Shown: positions 24,015 to 33,655 of the stretch, piece after piece
Layout: each line of letters opens with the position of its first letter
Position numbering within the stretch: the stretch's first letter is position 1
DNA from: Clostridia bacterium
GTDB taxonomy: Bacteria > Bacillota > Clostridia > Christensenellales > CAG-138
Length of the DNA: 64,000 nucleotides
Assembly (NCBI GenBank): GCA_017547885.1
Contig: JAFYOP010000006.1
Coordinates: 34,530-98,529, forward strand
Direction of reading: 5' to 3'
Notes under the pieces: generated by a model
Seen by the model: the letters and a program-made list of their open reading frames with translations, nothing else
What the model was told of the DNA's origin: nothing
The model's database searches: none
Program-made: the position numbers and the translations under genes

Positions 24015-25318
24015 CCCTCAGAAGGACAGCCCTTGAGACCCTGATGGAGATAACCGACAAGGGTGCATATGCCAACCTTGCCCTGAAGCGTGCCCTCAGC
24101 GGTCTTGAGGAGCGGGATGCCAAATGGGTAAGCGCCGCGGTATATACCACCCTTGACCATCTATTGTATATCGACCATGTTATAGCCGCATACACAAAGG
24201 GAAAGCTGAAGCCTGATATACGGGGCATTCTTCGCATGGGCGTATGTCAGGTTCTGTATATGGATGTGCCTGACAGCGCCGCCTGCAACGAAAGCGTAAA
24301 GCTTGCAAAGGAAGTGGGAAAGGGTGCTCTTTCGGGCTTTGTTAATGGGGTTATGCGCAATATCTGCCGCAACAGGGACAATCTGCCTCCGCTGCCCACA
24401 GAGCCGCTGAAGAGACTGTCTTTGCAGTACAGCTATCCCGAATACATGGTGCGTGAGTATTTGTCCATGTACGGCGAAGGGTTTACCGAGGCCATGCTGT
24501 CTGCCGCAGAAGGGCGGGAGATGACGGTGCGGGCACAGTATCCCTATACATCCGATGTACTTGAAAAAGAACTGGATAAGCGGGAAATAGAGTATACACG
24601 AGGTCAGCTCTGCGCTGATGCGTTTCGACTTGCAAGGGGTATGGATATAAGCAGGGAACTGCTGTTTACAGAGGGAAAGATAACCGTACAGAGCGAAAGC
24701 GCCATGATGGTATGCAGCGCACTTGATGCAGAGCCCGGCATGAAGGTACTGGACACCTGCGCCGCGCCGGGCGGCAAGAGCGCATGCATTGCAAGCATGA
24801 CTCAAAACAAAGCCTGTATTGACGCATGGGAACTGCACCCCCACAGGGCGGAGCTTATGCGCCGCACATTTGAGCGGCTTGGCGTAGAGGGCAATGTATA
24901 TGTAAAAGACGCATCTGTACATTATCCCGAATACGATGGAGAATACGACAGGGTGCTGATAGACGCTCCATGCTCAGGTCTCGGCGTACCCGGAAAGCCT
25001 GATGCAAGATACGCTAAAAATGACGAAATAATAGAAAACATTGCAAATATACAGAGCGACATATTGGATGCCTGCGCGCCTTATGTAAAGCCCGGCGGCA
25101 CGCTGCTGTATGCAACCTGCACCATATCAGAGCGGGAAAATCAGCGGCAGATAAACGCATTCCTTGAAAGGCATCCGGAATATGAGCCGGGCAGCCTTGA
25201 GAGCGTGATACCCAAGGCCATGTGGCGCAGGATAGAGGGCGGCTGCATGCTTCAGCTTTTCCCTCATCTTGATGGCACAGAAGGATTTTTTATTGCAAAG
25301 CTTGTAAGGAGAGCCTGA
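24011..25318 (+). CDS. rsmB: 16S rRNA m5C967 methyltransferase
   Basis: NusB-like N-terminus, DTCAAPGGKS, DAPCSG, YATCT. Confidence 0.94.
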   Translation: MTLRRTALETLMEITDKGAYANLALKRALSGLEERDAKWVSAAVYTTLDHLLYIDHVIAAYTKGKLKPDIRGILRMGVCQVLYMDVPDSAACNESVKLAKEVGKGALSGFVNGVMRNICRNRDNLPPLPTEPLKRLSLQYSYPEYMVREYLSMYGEGFTEAMLSAAEGREMTVRAQYPYTSDVLEKELDKREIEYTRGQLCADAFRLARGMDISRELLFTEGKITVQSESAMMVCSALDAEPGMKVLDTCAAPGGKSACIASMTQNKACIDAWELHPHRAELMRRTFERLGVEGNVYVKDASVHYPEYDGEYDRVLIDAPCSGLGVPGKPDARYAKNDEIIENIANIQSDILDACAPYVKPGGTLLYATCTISERENQRQINAFLERHPEYEPGSLESVIPKAMWRRIEGGCMLQLFPHLDGTEGFFIAKLVRRA

Positions 25319-25323
25319 TACAC

Positions 25324-26376
25324 ATGAGCGGACTTACTTCCATGTCCATAGCGGAGCTGACAGAGCTCATGGCAGAGCTTGGTGAACCCAAGTTCAGGGC
25401 CCGTCAGGTATTTGAGTGGCTCAGCAAAGGTGCAAGGCCTGAGGAGATGACCAACCTTTCAAAGTCTCTTCGTGAAAAGCTGAGCGGCCTTAAATTTGGC
25501 GGCGCTGAAATATACGATAAGCGCATATCCCAAAAGGACGGCACTATAAAATACCTTTTCCGCCTTGAGGATGGCAACATCGTTGAAGGCGTATTGATGA
25601 GCTATCATTACGGCAATACCATGTGCATTTCCACTCAGGTGGGATGCAGGATGGGCTGCGCATTTTGCGCTTCCACGCTGGAAGGCTGCGTGCGTAACCT
25701 TGAGGCGGGAGAAATGCTCAGCTTTATTGCCTGCGCCGAAAAGGACGTGCCTCACGGAGAGGACAGAAAGCGCACCGTAACCAATATCGTGCTTATGGGC
25801 AGCGGGGAACCTCTGGACAATTACGAAGAGGTGGTAAAGTTCCTGAGGCTGGTATCTGCGCCGGAGGGAATGAATATCAGCCCACGCAATATCTCCATAT
25901 CCACCTGCGGACTGGTGCCGGAGCTGCTGCGCTTTACAAAGGAAGCGCCCCATGTGACGCTGTCCGTGTCTCTTCATGCGCCAAATGATGAAACACGCAA
26001 TAAGATAATGCCTATAAACCGCCGATACCCAATGGTGGAGCTTCTCAACGCAGCAAAGCTTTATGCAAACGAGACCGGACGGAGGGTAATATTCGAATAT
26101 GCCCTTATAAAGGATGTAAACTCATCCCGACAGGACGCAAAGGAGCTTGCTTCAAGGCTTAAGGGGATAAACTGTCACGTTAACCTTATCCCGCTGAACC
26201 ATGTAAAGGAGCGCAACCTTATGGGAGTAACCCGTAAGGACGCGGAGCAGTTCGTATTATGGCTGGAAGGCTATGGCGTATCCGCAACAGTCCGCCGTGA
26301 AATGGGCTCTGATATAGAGGGTGCCTGCGGTCAGCTCAGGCGCAAAACGCTGCAGGGGGCTATGGAGGATAAATAA
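25324..26376 (+). CDS. rlmN: 23S rRNA m2A2503 radical SAM methyltransferase
   Basis: CRMGCAFC, MGSGEP, GACGQL. Confidence 0.95.
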   Translation: MSGLTSMSIAELTELMAELGEPKFRARQVFEWLSKGARPEEMTNLSKSLREKLSGLKFGGAEIYDKRISQKDGTIKYLFRLEDGNIVEGVLMSYHYGNTMCISTQVGCRMGCAFCASTLEGCVRNLEAGEMLSFIACAEKDVPHGEDRKRTVTNIVLMGSGEPLDNYEEVVKFLRLVSAPEGMNISPRNISISTCGLVPELLRFTKEAPHVTLSVSLHAPNDETRNKIMPINRRYPMVELLNAAKLYANETGRRVIFEYALIKDVNSSRQDAKELASRLKGINCHVNLIPLNHVKERNLMGVTRKDAEQFVLWLEGYGVSATVRREMGSDIEGACGQLRRKTLQGAMEDK

Positions 26377-27089
26377 TGAAGTACTGTGCCCTAAGTGAAA
26401 AGGGTAAACGCCAGCATAACGAGGACGCCGTATTTGTGCCTAAGCACAGCGAGGCGGCATTGGCTGTTGTTGCCGATGGAATGGGTGGACATAAGGCCGG
26501 AGATACCGCAAGCGCCATGGCGCTGGATGTTATAGTTTCCGAAATAAAGCGAGGCGGAGCGTCTCCTGAGCAGCTGATAGAGCGGGCGGTAGATGCGGCA
26601 AACGCCGCGGTTTATGCTGCCTCAAAGAGCAGCAGCGAATGTCAGGGAATGGGTACTACGGCTGTGATAGCAATGCCTTTTATAAGTTATTATGTTGCGG
26701 CCAATATCGGCGACAGCCGCGTATACCACTATCATAACGGTACAATCCAACAGGTGAGCCGGGATCATTCCTATGTACAGGAACTGGTGGATGCGGGCTA
26801 TATTACCAAGGCTCAGGCGGCTGTGCATCCCAGGAGAAACATAATAACCCGTGCCATAGGCACCTCAAAAAAAGAAACCGCAGATATTTTCCGCAGAGAA
26901 TGGCAGCCGGGGGATATGCTGCTGCTGTGCACGGATGGTCTGCATTCCGCCCTGGAGGACATGGATATTGCCAGAATACTATCCGAAGAAAGTGACCTGG
27001 AAGAATCCTGCAGGAGGCTTATAAGCGAGGCGCTTTACGGCGGATCAACAGATAACATCAGCGTGGCGCTGATACTTAACGAGGTATGA
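26376..27089 (+). CDS. stp: PP2C-type Ser/Thr phosphatase
   Basis: NED, VADGMGGH, GMGTT, GDSR, LCTDG, DNIS. Confidence 0.93.
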   Translation: MKYCALSEKGKRQHNEDAVFVPKHSEAALAVVADGMGGHKAGDTASAMALDVIVSEIKRGGASPEQLIERAVDAANAAVYAASKSSSECQGMGTTAVIAMPFISYYVAANIGDSRVYHYHNGTIQQVSRDHSYVQELVDAGYITKAQAAVHPRRNIITRAIGTSKKETADIFRREWQPGDMLLLCTDGLHSALEDMDIARILSEESDLEESCRRLISEALYGGSTDNISVALILNEV

Positions 27090-28936
27090 TGATGAATCAG
27101 GAACTTTTTGCCGGAAGGTATCGCCTTGATGGGCTGGTGGGCTCCGGCGGCATGGCGAATGTATATAAGGCCTATGACGAAAAGGCCCATATGACTGTTG
27201 CCATAAAAATGCTTAAGGATGAGCATAAGGAGGATATGGAGTTTCTGCGCCGCTTTGAAAGAGAGGCAAGCGCGGTAATTTCCCTGTCCCATCCGAATAT
27301 AGTACAGTCTTACGACGCGGGCACCGATGAAAACGGCGTAAGCTATATAGTACTGGAATACGTTGAGGGAATGACCCTCAAGGAATATATCAAGGTTCGC
27401 GGATGCATTCCCCCAAGGGAAACCGTAAGCATTGCGGGGCAGGTTCTGGACGCCCTGAACCATGCCCATGAAAACGGCATAATACACAGGGATGTTAAGC
27501 CACAGAACGTTATGATCTCCGGCAACAGCGTAAAGCTTACGGATTTTGGCATAGCCAGGGATGCGTCCTCCACCACCCGTACCTTTGCAGGAACCAATGT
27601 TATAGGTTCGGTGCACTATATTTCTCCCGAGCAGGCCAGAGGCGATGACGTTACTGCCGAAAGCGACATATATTCCTGTGCCGTAATGGTATACGAAATG
27701 CTGACGGGCACTGTGCCTTTCGGCGGCGACAATACCGTGGCAATAGCTCTCAAGCATCTGCAGGAGGAGATGATACCTCCTGTTGAGATAAATGCAAAAA
27801 TACCGCAGTCCATGTCGGATGTTGTGATGAAGGGCGCGGCAAAGGATGCTGCGGATAGGTATCACAGCGCAGAGGACATGAAAAATGACCTTGTAAGGGC
27901 TCTTAAAGAACCCCGCGGACGCTTTGCCAAGCTATCTGTTAAAAAGAAGCCCGTGGAAAAAAAGCATAACAGCAAGGGGATAATTCTTGCTTCCGTAATA
28001 ATTGTGGGTGCAGCGCTGATAATCACAGGCGTTGCGCTTATCAGCAGTATGCTTAATGGGCGAGGCAAAGGAGAAGAGTTTTTGATCCCATCCCTTGAAG
28101 GAAAGCCGCTGGAAGAAGCCCGCAGCCTAGCAGAGCTCAGAGGGTTTACATTGGCTGTGTCGGATTATGTGATAAGCACGGAGTTTCCTGCCGGCCAGGT
28201 CACCAAACAGAATCCAATGAACGGCGCCCGCGGCAAGGAAGGGGATACTATAACCGTTGAGGTAAGCTCGGGCAGCGGATATGCCATAGTTCCAAATATG
28301 GTGGGCAGCACCATAACAGAGGCATCACTTATGCTTGCAGAGGAAAACCTCAACATGGGCAGCGTAGGCTACGACCCAACGTCGGAGCTGCCTGATGGGC
28401 AGATAGTGCGCCAGGTTCCGGAAGCGGACAGCCGTGTATCAGAGTTTGAATATGTGGACGTATGGATAAGCGGCAGCGAAACACCACAGATAGAAATGCC
28501 TTCAGTGGTCGGAAAGGATACTGTTACGGCACTTAAGATGCTGCAGGAAAGCAAGATATCCCGCGTATGGGTACATGTCGTAACACCTGAGGAAGGAATG
28601 GTGGACGAAATCGTTCAGCAGCAGTCTCCCGCAGCAAATATGAGCGTTGGAGAAGGCAGCGTGGCTGAAATATGGACGACCAGGTCATATCTTGGCAGCG
28701 GCTTTGCAGATATAGCCGTAAACCTTGATGTTGAGGCGGAAGAGTCCACCGTTGTTGTAACAGCACTTATGGATGATATAGGGGAACTGGTGATATATCA
28801 GGGCAAGGTGAAAAACGGAACCCAGCAGCCGGTTGCCTTTACCGCAAATATCAGGAGCAGCGGAGCCAGAGAGTGCATTGTGTATGTGGACGGGGTTGAA
28901 GTAAAGCGTATGGAGATAAACTTTACCCAGAGGTGA
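27086..28936 (+). CDS. prkC: PASTA-domain Ser/Thr kinase
   Basis: GSGGMA, HRDVKPQN, DFG, transmembrane helix, about three PASTA repeats. Confidence 0.93.
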   Translation: MMMNQELFAGRYRLDGLVGSGGMANVYKAYDEKAHMTVAIKMLKDEHKEDMEFLRRFEREASAVISLSHPNIVQSYDAGTDENGVSYIVLEYVEGMTLKEYIKVRGCIPPRETVSIAGQVLDALNHAHENGIIHRDVKPQNVMISGNSVKLTDFGIARDASSTTRTFAGTNVIGSVHYISPEQARGDDVTAESDIYSCAVMVYEMLTGTVPFGGDNTVAIALKHLQEEMIPPVEINAKIPQSMSDVVMKGAAKDAADRYHSAEDMKNDLVRALKEPRGRFAKLSVKKKPVEKKHNSKGIILASVIIVGAALIITGVALISSMLNGRGKGEEFLIPSLEGKPLEEARSLAELRGFTLAVSDYVISTEFPAGQVTKQNPMNGARGKEGDTITVEVSSGSGYAIVPNMVGSTITEASLMLAEENLNMGSVGYDPTSELPDGQIVRQVPEADSRVSEFEYVDVWISGSETPQIEMPSVVGKDTVTALKMLQESKISRVWVHVVTPEEGMVDEIVQQQSPAANMSVGEGSVAEIWTTRSYLGSGFADIAVNLDVEAEESTVVVTALMDDIGELVIYQGKVKNGTQQPVAFTANIRSSGARECIVYVDGVEVKRMEINFTQR

Positions 28937-28938
28937 TA

Positions 28939-29817
28939 ATGGAGTACAGCGGAAGGATAATCAAAGGCATAGGCAGCTTTTATACCGTTAAGACGGATGA
29001 AGGCGAGTTTGTCTGCAAGGCCAGAGGTAAGTTCAGGAAGATTGGGACCTCTCCTGTCCCCGGCGATTTGGTTACGTTTGAGGTGGTGGAGGATGGAAAG
29101 GGCTATCTTTCAGAGATATTGCCGCGCAAAAATCTCCTGATACGTCCTGCTGTTGCCAATGTGGATAAGCTGATGATAGTAATGGCAGCGTCACTGCCAA
29201 AGCCTGATTTTTCCCTGACCGATAAGCTGTTGGTACAGTGTGAAATAGCGGGCATTACCCCCGTGATAATATTGAACAAGTGCGATGAACAGGACGAAGA
29301 GATAAGGGAGGCAGTGCTTTCCCAATATGCTTCCTGCGGCTATGCTGTATTGTCCCTGTCTGCTGAAACAGGCGAAGGCATGGATGCCTTAAAAGCCGAG
29401 ATAAAAGACAATATATGCTGCTTCGCGGGCCAGTCCGCAGTGGGAAAGTCTTCTCTGATGAATGCTTTGGCTCCAGAGCTTAGCCTTGCCGTCGGAGGTC
29501 TTTCCGAAAAGACGGATAGGGGACGCCATACCACACGTCATGCAGAGCTGTGGCAGGTGTGCGGCGGTGCTATGCTTGATACCCCTGGTTTCAGCCTGCT
29601 GGATACGGCTGAACTGGAGCCTGTGGATCTTTGCAAATATTATCCGGAAATGAGAGAACATTTAAATCAATGCCGTTTTCCGGAATGCGTGCATATAACC
29701 GAGCCGGACTGCGGTGTAAAGCCGCTGATCGGCAGCAATATACACCCGGAACGTTATTCAAGATACTGCAAATTTGTAGAGGAACTGAAAGAAAAAAGGA
29801 GGCACAAATATGATTAA
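28939..29817 (+). CDS. rsgA: Ribosome small subunit-dependent GTPase A
   Basis: NKCD, GQSAVGKSS, GRHTTRH, DTPGF, C-terminal Zn site. Confidence 0.95.
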   Translation: MEYSGRIIKGIGSFYTVKTDEGEFVCKARGKFRKIGTSPVPGDLVTFEVVEDGKGYLSEILPRKNLLIRPAVANVDKLMIVMAASLPKPDFSLTDKLLVQCEIAGITPVIILNKCDEQDEEIREAVLSQYASCGYAVLSLSAETGEGMDALKAEIKDNICCFAGQSAVGKSSLMNALAPELSLAVGGLSEKTDRGRHTTRHAELWQVCGGAMLDTPGFSLLDTAELEPVDLCKYYPEMREHLNQCRFPECVHITEPDCGVKPLIGSNIHPERYSRYCKFVEELKEKRRHKYD

Positions 29818-30457
29818 AGTAGCTCCGTCTATATTGTCCGCAGACTTTGCGAACATGGGAAAAGCCGTGGAGGATTGCGAAAGATGGGGAGCGGATTATA
29901 TCCACTTTGATGTTATGGATGGCACATTTGTGCCCCAGATAACGTTTGGACACGAGATGTGCAGGGCGCTGCGCAAACACACCTCGCTGCCTATCGATGT
30001 ACACCTTATGGTAGAGCATCCTGAGACCTGTATAAGCCAGTTTCGCGATGCAGGGGCTGATATAGTTACCTTCCATATCGAGGCTGACAGGCATGCTCAT
30101 AGGACACTTCAGCGTATACATGCGGCCGGTATGAAGGGGGGAATAGTTCTAAATCCTTCTACACCTGCTGAAGCTGTGCGCTACGTGTTGCCTGAGTGTG
30201 ATATGGTGCTGCTGATGAGTGTAAATCCCGGTGCCGGTGGGCAGGCTTTTATCCCTTCGGTTTTGCATAAAATAAGGGCGCTGAAGCAAATTGCCGCAGA
30301 GATGGGAGCAGCTCCTGATATAGAGATAGATGGGGGTATAAACCCCGAAACAGGCAGGCTGTGCGTAGAGGCGGGTGCAAATGTACTGGTTGCCGGCAGC
30401 AGCGTATTTAAAGCGGATGAGCCAATGAGAATGGTACAGGCACTGAAAAAACTTTAA
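29810..30457 (+). CDS. rpe: Ribulose-phosphate 3-epimerase
   Basis: APSILSADF, HFDVMDG, DVHLMV, MSVNPG, DGG. Confidence 0.96.
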   Translation: MIKVAPSILSADFANMGKAVEDCERWGADYIHFDVMDGTFVPQITFGHEMCRALRKHTSLPIDVHLMVEHPETCISQFRDAGADIVTFHIEADRHAHRTLQRIHAAGMKGGIVLNPSTPAEAVRYVLPECDMVLLMSVNPGAGGQAFIPSVLHKIRALKQIAAEMGAAPDIEIDGGINPETGRLCVEAGANVLVAGSSVFKADEPMRMVQALKKL

Positions 30458-30532
30458 TATTGATATTTGATGTATATTACAAAAAAAGAGACAGGAAATG
30501 AACTGAACCCCAAAGATTAGACAAAAAGAATA

Positions 30533-31378
30533 TTAAGTTGCTACTGAATGAGTTCGGAATTGTACCGGGCTCATTCCTTTTAGTTTAGTGGATATCCTTT
30601 CGTTATTGTAGTAATCGATATATCGCTTTAGTTCATCAATGAAAACGTTAACTTTTTCAAACTTCTCTCCGTAGAACATCTCAACCTTAAGTCTGCCAAA
30701 GAAGTTTTCCATGGCCCCATTATCCATGCAATTTCCTTTTCTGGACATGCTTTGCATAATATTGTGCTCAGCAAGGAGACGTTGGTATTCTGCATGTTGG
30801 TATTGCCAACCCTGGTCCGAATGAAACAGCGGTGTAGCATCAGCCGGAAGTTTAGCGAAAAGGCCATCAAGCATATCTCTGATCTGCTGTAGGTTTGGGA
30901 TGGTTGAGATGGAGTAGGAAACTATCTCTCTATTGAACAGATCCATCACAGGAGACAAATACACCTTTTCACCACATACCTTGAACTGTGTTACATCAGT
31001 CGTTAATTTTTCAAAAGGCTTTGAGGCCCGGAAATCCCTCTTCAGAATATTATCTGCGACTGTACCCACTTCGCCTTTGTATGAATGATATTTCTCATTC
31101 TTACGCTGTTTACCTTTCAAACCAAGTCTTCTCATCAGTTTCAGCACTGTCTTGTGGTTAAGAGTATAGCCTTTACTTCTCATAACCATTAGAACTCTGC
31201 GGTATCCGTATCTTCCCTTATTGCTGTTGTATATCTCCTGTATTTCCACTTTCTCTTTTTCATACTTATCTCTTCCCGGGTGCTTGAGATAGTAATAGTA
31301 TGTGCTCCGGGCCAATCCCGATAGCTGCAGCAGGTCTTTCAGCGGATATTTTTGCCTTAATTCTGAGACGATTATCGC
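30533..31378 (-). CDS. IS3 transposase OrfB (DDE integrase core), reached by -1 frameshift
   Basis: YGYRR, TDVTQF, HSDQGWQY, SRKGNCMDNGAMENFF; the -1 frame after AAA AAG reads AIIVSELRQKYPLKDLLQLSGLARSTY. Confidence 0.9.
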   Translation of the reverse strand, partial: AIIVSELRQKYPLKDLLQLSGLARSTYYYYLKHPGRDKYEKEKVEIQEIYNSNKGRYGYRRVLMVMRSKGYTLNHKTVLKLMRRLGLKGKQRKNEKYHSYKGEVGTVADNILKRDFRASKPFEKLTTDVTQFKVCGEKVYLSPVMDLFNREIVSYSISTIPNLQQIRDMLDGLFAKLPADATPLFHSDQGWQYQHAEYQRLLAEHNIMQSMSRKGNCMDNGAMENFFGRLKVEMFYGEKFEKVNVFIDELKRYIDYYNNERISTKLKGMSPVQFRTHSVAT

Positions 31379-31758
31379 TTTTTGCCGTTCTCTCGCTCTT
31401 CCGCAAGAACTAAGGCACTTAGTTTTTTTAGGTACTCTATCTCCATGCGAAGCCTCTGGTTCTCTGCAATCAGATCTTCCTCGGTTCGTTTGTCCAGCTT
31501 AGGCGGCCTGCCTTTCCTTATGACATCAACTGAATTTGCTCTGCCTCGTCTCTCTTTCATCAGACCTTCAGCTCCTTCTTCCAGATATATGCGTTCCCAT
31601 CTCTGTACCATTGTTGCTGCCGCTGTTTCTGACTGCCTGACCAACTCGTACTTCCTGGCTGTTTCCCTGTAGCCCATATGATGTTCTCGCATATCCAGTA
31701 TAACTGCTGTTTTGAATTCTGCCGAGTACCTGTTGTATTTTTGTCCCTTCTTACTCAT
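31372..31758 (-). CDS. IS3 transposase OrfA (HTH)
   Basis: YSAEFK..., LIAENQRLRMEIEYLKKL coiled coil; GGAGG RBS. Confidence 0.9.
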   Translation of the reverse strand: MSKKGQKYNRYSAEFKTAVILDMREHHMGYRETARKYELVRQSETAAATMVQRWERIYLEEGAEGLMKERRGRANSVDVIRKGRPPKLDKRTEEDLIAENQRLRMEIEYLKKLSALVLAEERENGKKR

Positions 31759-31846
31759 TAAAAATATGCACCTCCCAAAGTGTCTAACTTTAGGGGTGCA
31801 TATCATACTGCCGTCCTTTTTGTTTTTACAGGATATTTTCAAATGG

Positions 31847-31887
31847 GTGATTTTGTCACGGAAAGACTGCCCGGATATGGCTATAAT
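31847..31887 (+). promoter_or_regulatory. Putative Crp/Fnr-activated promoter of trxA
   Basis: GTGATTTTGTCAC (31847-31859), 22 nt, then TATAAT (31882-31887). Confidence 0.7.
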
Positions 31888-31924
31888 AAAGCCATCAAAA
31901 GAAAACACACGGGAGGAAAATAAA

Positions 31925-32233
31925 ATGACCGTACAGCATATTACCAACGAAGCATTCCAGAAGGAAGTACTTGAAAGCAGCATCCCCGTACTGCTGGACT
32001 TTTACGCCAGCTGGTGCGGCCCCTGCAAGGCGCTGGCCCCCGAATTGGAAGCAGCCGCCGCAGAAGCACAGGGCGCCAAGATATTTAAGGTGAATATCGA
32101 CGAACAGCCCGAGCTTACCAGAAAATACCGTATCATGAGCGTGCCTACGCTGGTCGTGGTAAAGGAAGGCAAGACCGAAAAGCGAGTTTCCGGTGTCCTT
32201 TCCAAGGAAGAGATACTCTCTATGATATCCTAA
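31925..32233 (+). CDS. trxA: Thioredoxin
   Basis: DFYASWCGPCK, SVPTL; GGAGG RBS. Confidence 0.95.
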   Translation: MTVQHITNEAFQKEVLESSIPVLLDFYASWCGPCKALAPELEAAAAEAQGAKIFKVNIDEQPELTRKYRIMSVPTLVVVKEGKTEKRVSGVLSKEEILSMIS

Positions 32234-32261
32234 CCCAAATAAAAATCCCAACCTGAATAAA

Positions 32262-32295
32262 ATAATAAAATCCCGGCAAATGCCGGGATTTTATT
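32262..32295. terminator. Bidirectional terminator
   Basis: AATAAAATCCCGGCA-A-TGCCGGGATTTTATT between convergent genes. Confidence 0.85.
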
Positions 32296-32299
32296 TAAG

Positions 32300-32953
32300 T
32301 TATTCGAGAGCCTCAAGGCCTTCTCTGTCGGTTATCTCCACTGTTCCGCGGGCAAGGTTTACAAGGCCCTCGCTCTGGAAATACCTCAGCATCCTTGTTA
32401 CAACCTCACGGGCAGTACCCAGATGATTTGCTATCTTTTCATGGGTGATGGTGAGCTTATCCGTATCCTCAAGCACACTTTCCTCCAGCAGGAAGGATGC
32501 AAGGCGCTTGTCAAAGCTCTTCCACATTATCTGCTCCATCAGCCACATGACCTCGGAGAAATGGCTGGCCATAAGGTCGTTTACATAGTTGGCCATTGGA
32601 AGAGATTCATCCACCAGTTCCTTGTACATGTATGTGGGAATTATCCATATCTTTGAATCCCGCTCCGCCTCCACGGTAACGTCAAACTGCATATTCTTTA
32701 TCATGCAGGACGCGGAAAACAGGCACATATCCCTTTCAAACAGGCGGTATATGGTTATCTCCCTGCCCTCTTCGGAAAGTATATATGACCTGAGCCTGCC
32801 GGACTGCACCAGAACAAGACCCATACAGTCCGCTCCGCCGTTATGTATCACCATACCTGCGGGCACCTCTCTGGTAAACACCGCCGCACGCAGTTTGCTC
32901 TGCTGCTGCGGGGTCAGTTTATTCCATACGGGAAAGTATTCTGCAAAATCCAT
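32300..32953 (-). CDS. Crp/Fnr family transcriptional regulator
   Basis: cNMP-like beta-barrel; HTH THEKIANHLGTAREVVTRML; Cys residues (ADC, MCLFSASC). Confidence 0.92.
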   Translation of the reverse strand: MDFAEYFPVWNKLTPQQQSKLRAAVFTREVPAGMVIHNGGADCMGLVLVQSGRLRSYILSEEGREITIYRLFERDMCLFSASCMIKNMQFDVTVEAERDSKIWIIPTYMYKELVDESLPMANYVNDLMASHFSEVMWLMEQIMWKSFDKRLASFLLEESVLEDTDKLTITHEKIANHLGTAREVVTRMLRYFQSEGLVNLARGTVEITDREGLEALE

Positions 32954-33068
32954 GGAAAAACACCTCCATTATCATGGCTCAAGTATAGAATAAATAAGGA
33001 TTTTCGTCAAAGGTTTTATGCTGTGCTCGCAGTAATGGATACGCCCCGAATAAAATCTTTCTGATATG

Positions 33069-33109
33069 GTGATAATGTCACGGAAGGGTATGGTTTTATG
33101 CGCTATAAT
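33069..33109 (+). promoter_or_regulatory. Putative Crp/Fnr-activated promoter of the desulfoferrodoxin gene
   Basis: GTGATAATGTCAC (33069-33081), 22 nt, then TATAAT (33104-33109). Confidence 0.7.
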
Positions 33110-33189
33110 CATATCAACAAATAAAGAACATCCTCGCCGAAACAACGGCGAACAAACTAAAATAATTTGCTTAAAAAGGAGAAATCAAC

Positions 33190-33573
33190 ATGACTAACGT
33201 TAAGTTTTATATCTGCAGGCACTGCGGCAATATCGTAAGCTCCATCCACAACTCCGGCGTACCCATGGTATGCTGCGGCGAGAAGATGGAAGAACTGGTG
33301 GCCAATACCGTAGAAGCAAGCCAGGAGAAGCACCTCCCCGTAGTTTCCATCCTGGGCGACAAGGTAAAGGTAGAAGTAGGCTCCGTAGCACACCCCATGC
33401 TGGAGGAACACAGCATCCAGTGGATCTGCCTTGAAACCACCAAGGGCACTCTGTTTAAGAAGCTGCTGCCCGGCGAAGCTCCCATAGCAGAGTTTACCCT
33501 CACCAACGAAGAGCCCGTAGCCGTATACGAATACTGCAACCTCCACGGCCTCTGGAAGACCGAGATAAAGTAA
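33190..33573 (+). CDS. dfx: Desulfoferrodoxin (superoxide reductase)
   Basis: CRHCGN...CCGE, EKHLP, HPMLEEHSI, YCNLHGLW. Confidence 0.93.
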   Translation: MTNVKFYICRHCGNIVSSIHNSGVPMVCCGEKMEELVANTVEASQEKHLPVVSILGDKVKVEVGSVAHPMLEEHSIQWICLETTKGTLFKKLLPGEAPIAEFTLTNEEPVAVYEYCNLHGLWKTEIK

Positions 33574-33611
33574 TTAAATCCCTATCAAAAAATGTGAAGA
33601 GTCCGAACGGA

Positions 33612-33640
33612 AAGCCCCGCCTGAAATACAGGCGGGGCTT
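33612..33640. terminator. Terminator hairpin between convergent genes
   Basis: AAGCCCCGCCTG-AAATA-CAGGCGGGGCTT. Confidence 0.8.
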
Positions 33641-33655
33641 ACTTGTGATTTTATA

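Larger units (their letters stand above)
30499..31805 (-). mobile_element. IS3-family (IS150-like) insertion sequence, 1307 bp
   Basis: TG...CA ends; 25-bp imperfect IRs TGAACTGAACCCCAAAGATTAGACA and TGATATGCACCCCTAAAGTTAGACA; orfA/orfB in -1 relative frames; no flanking direct repeat seen. Confidence 0.93.

Noticed and set aside
31712-31924. Long N-terminal extensions of trxA and IS orfA in the ORF track
   Set aside because: They cross the IS boundary; RBS-supported starts are at 31925 and 31758
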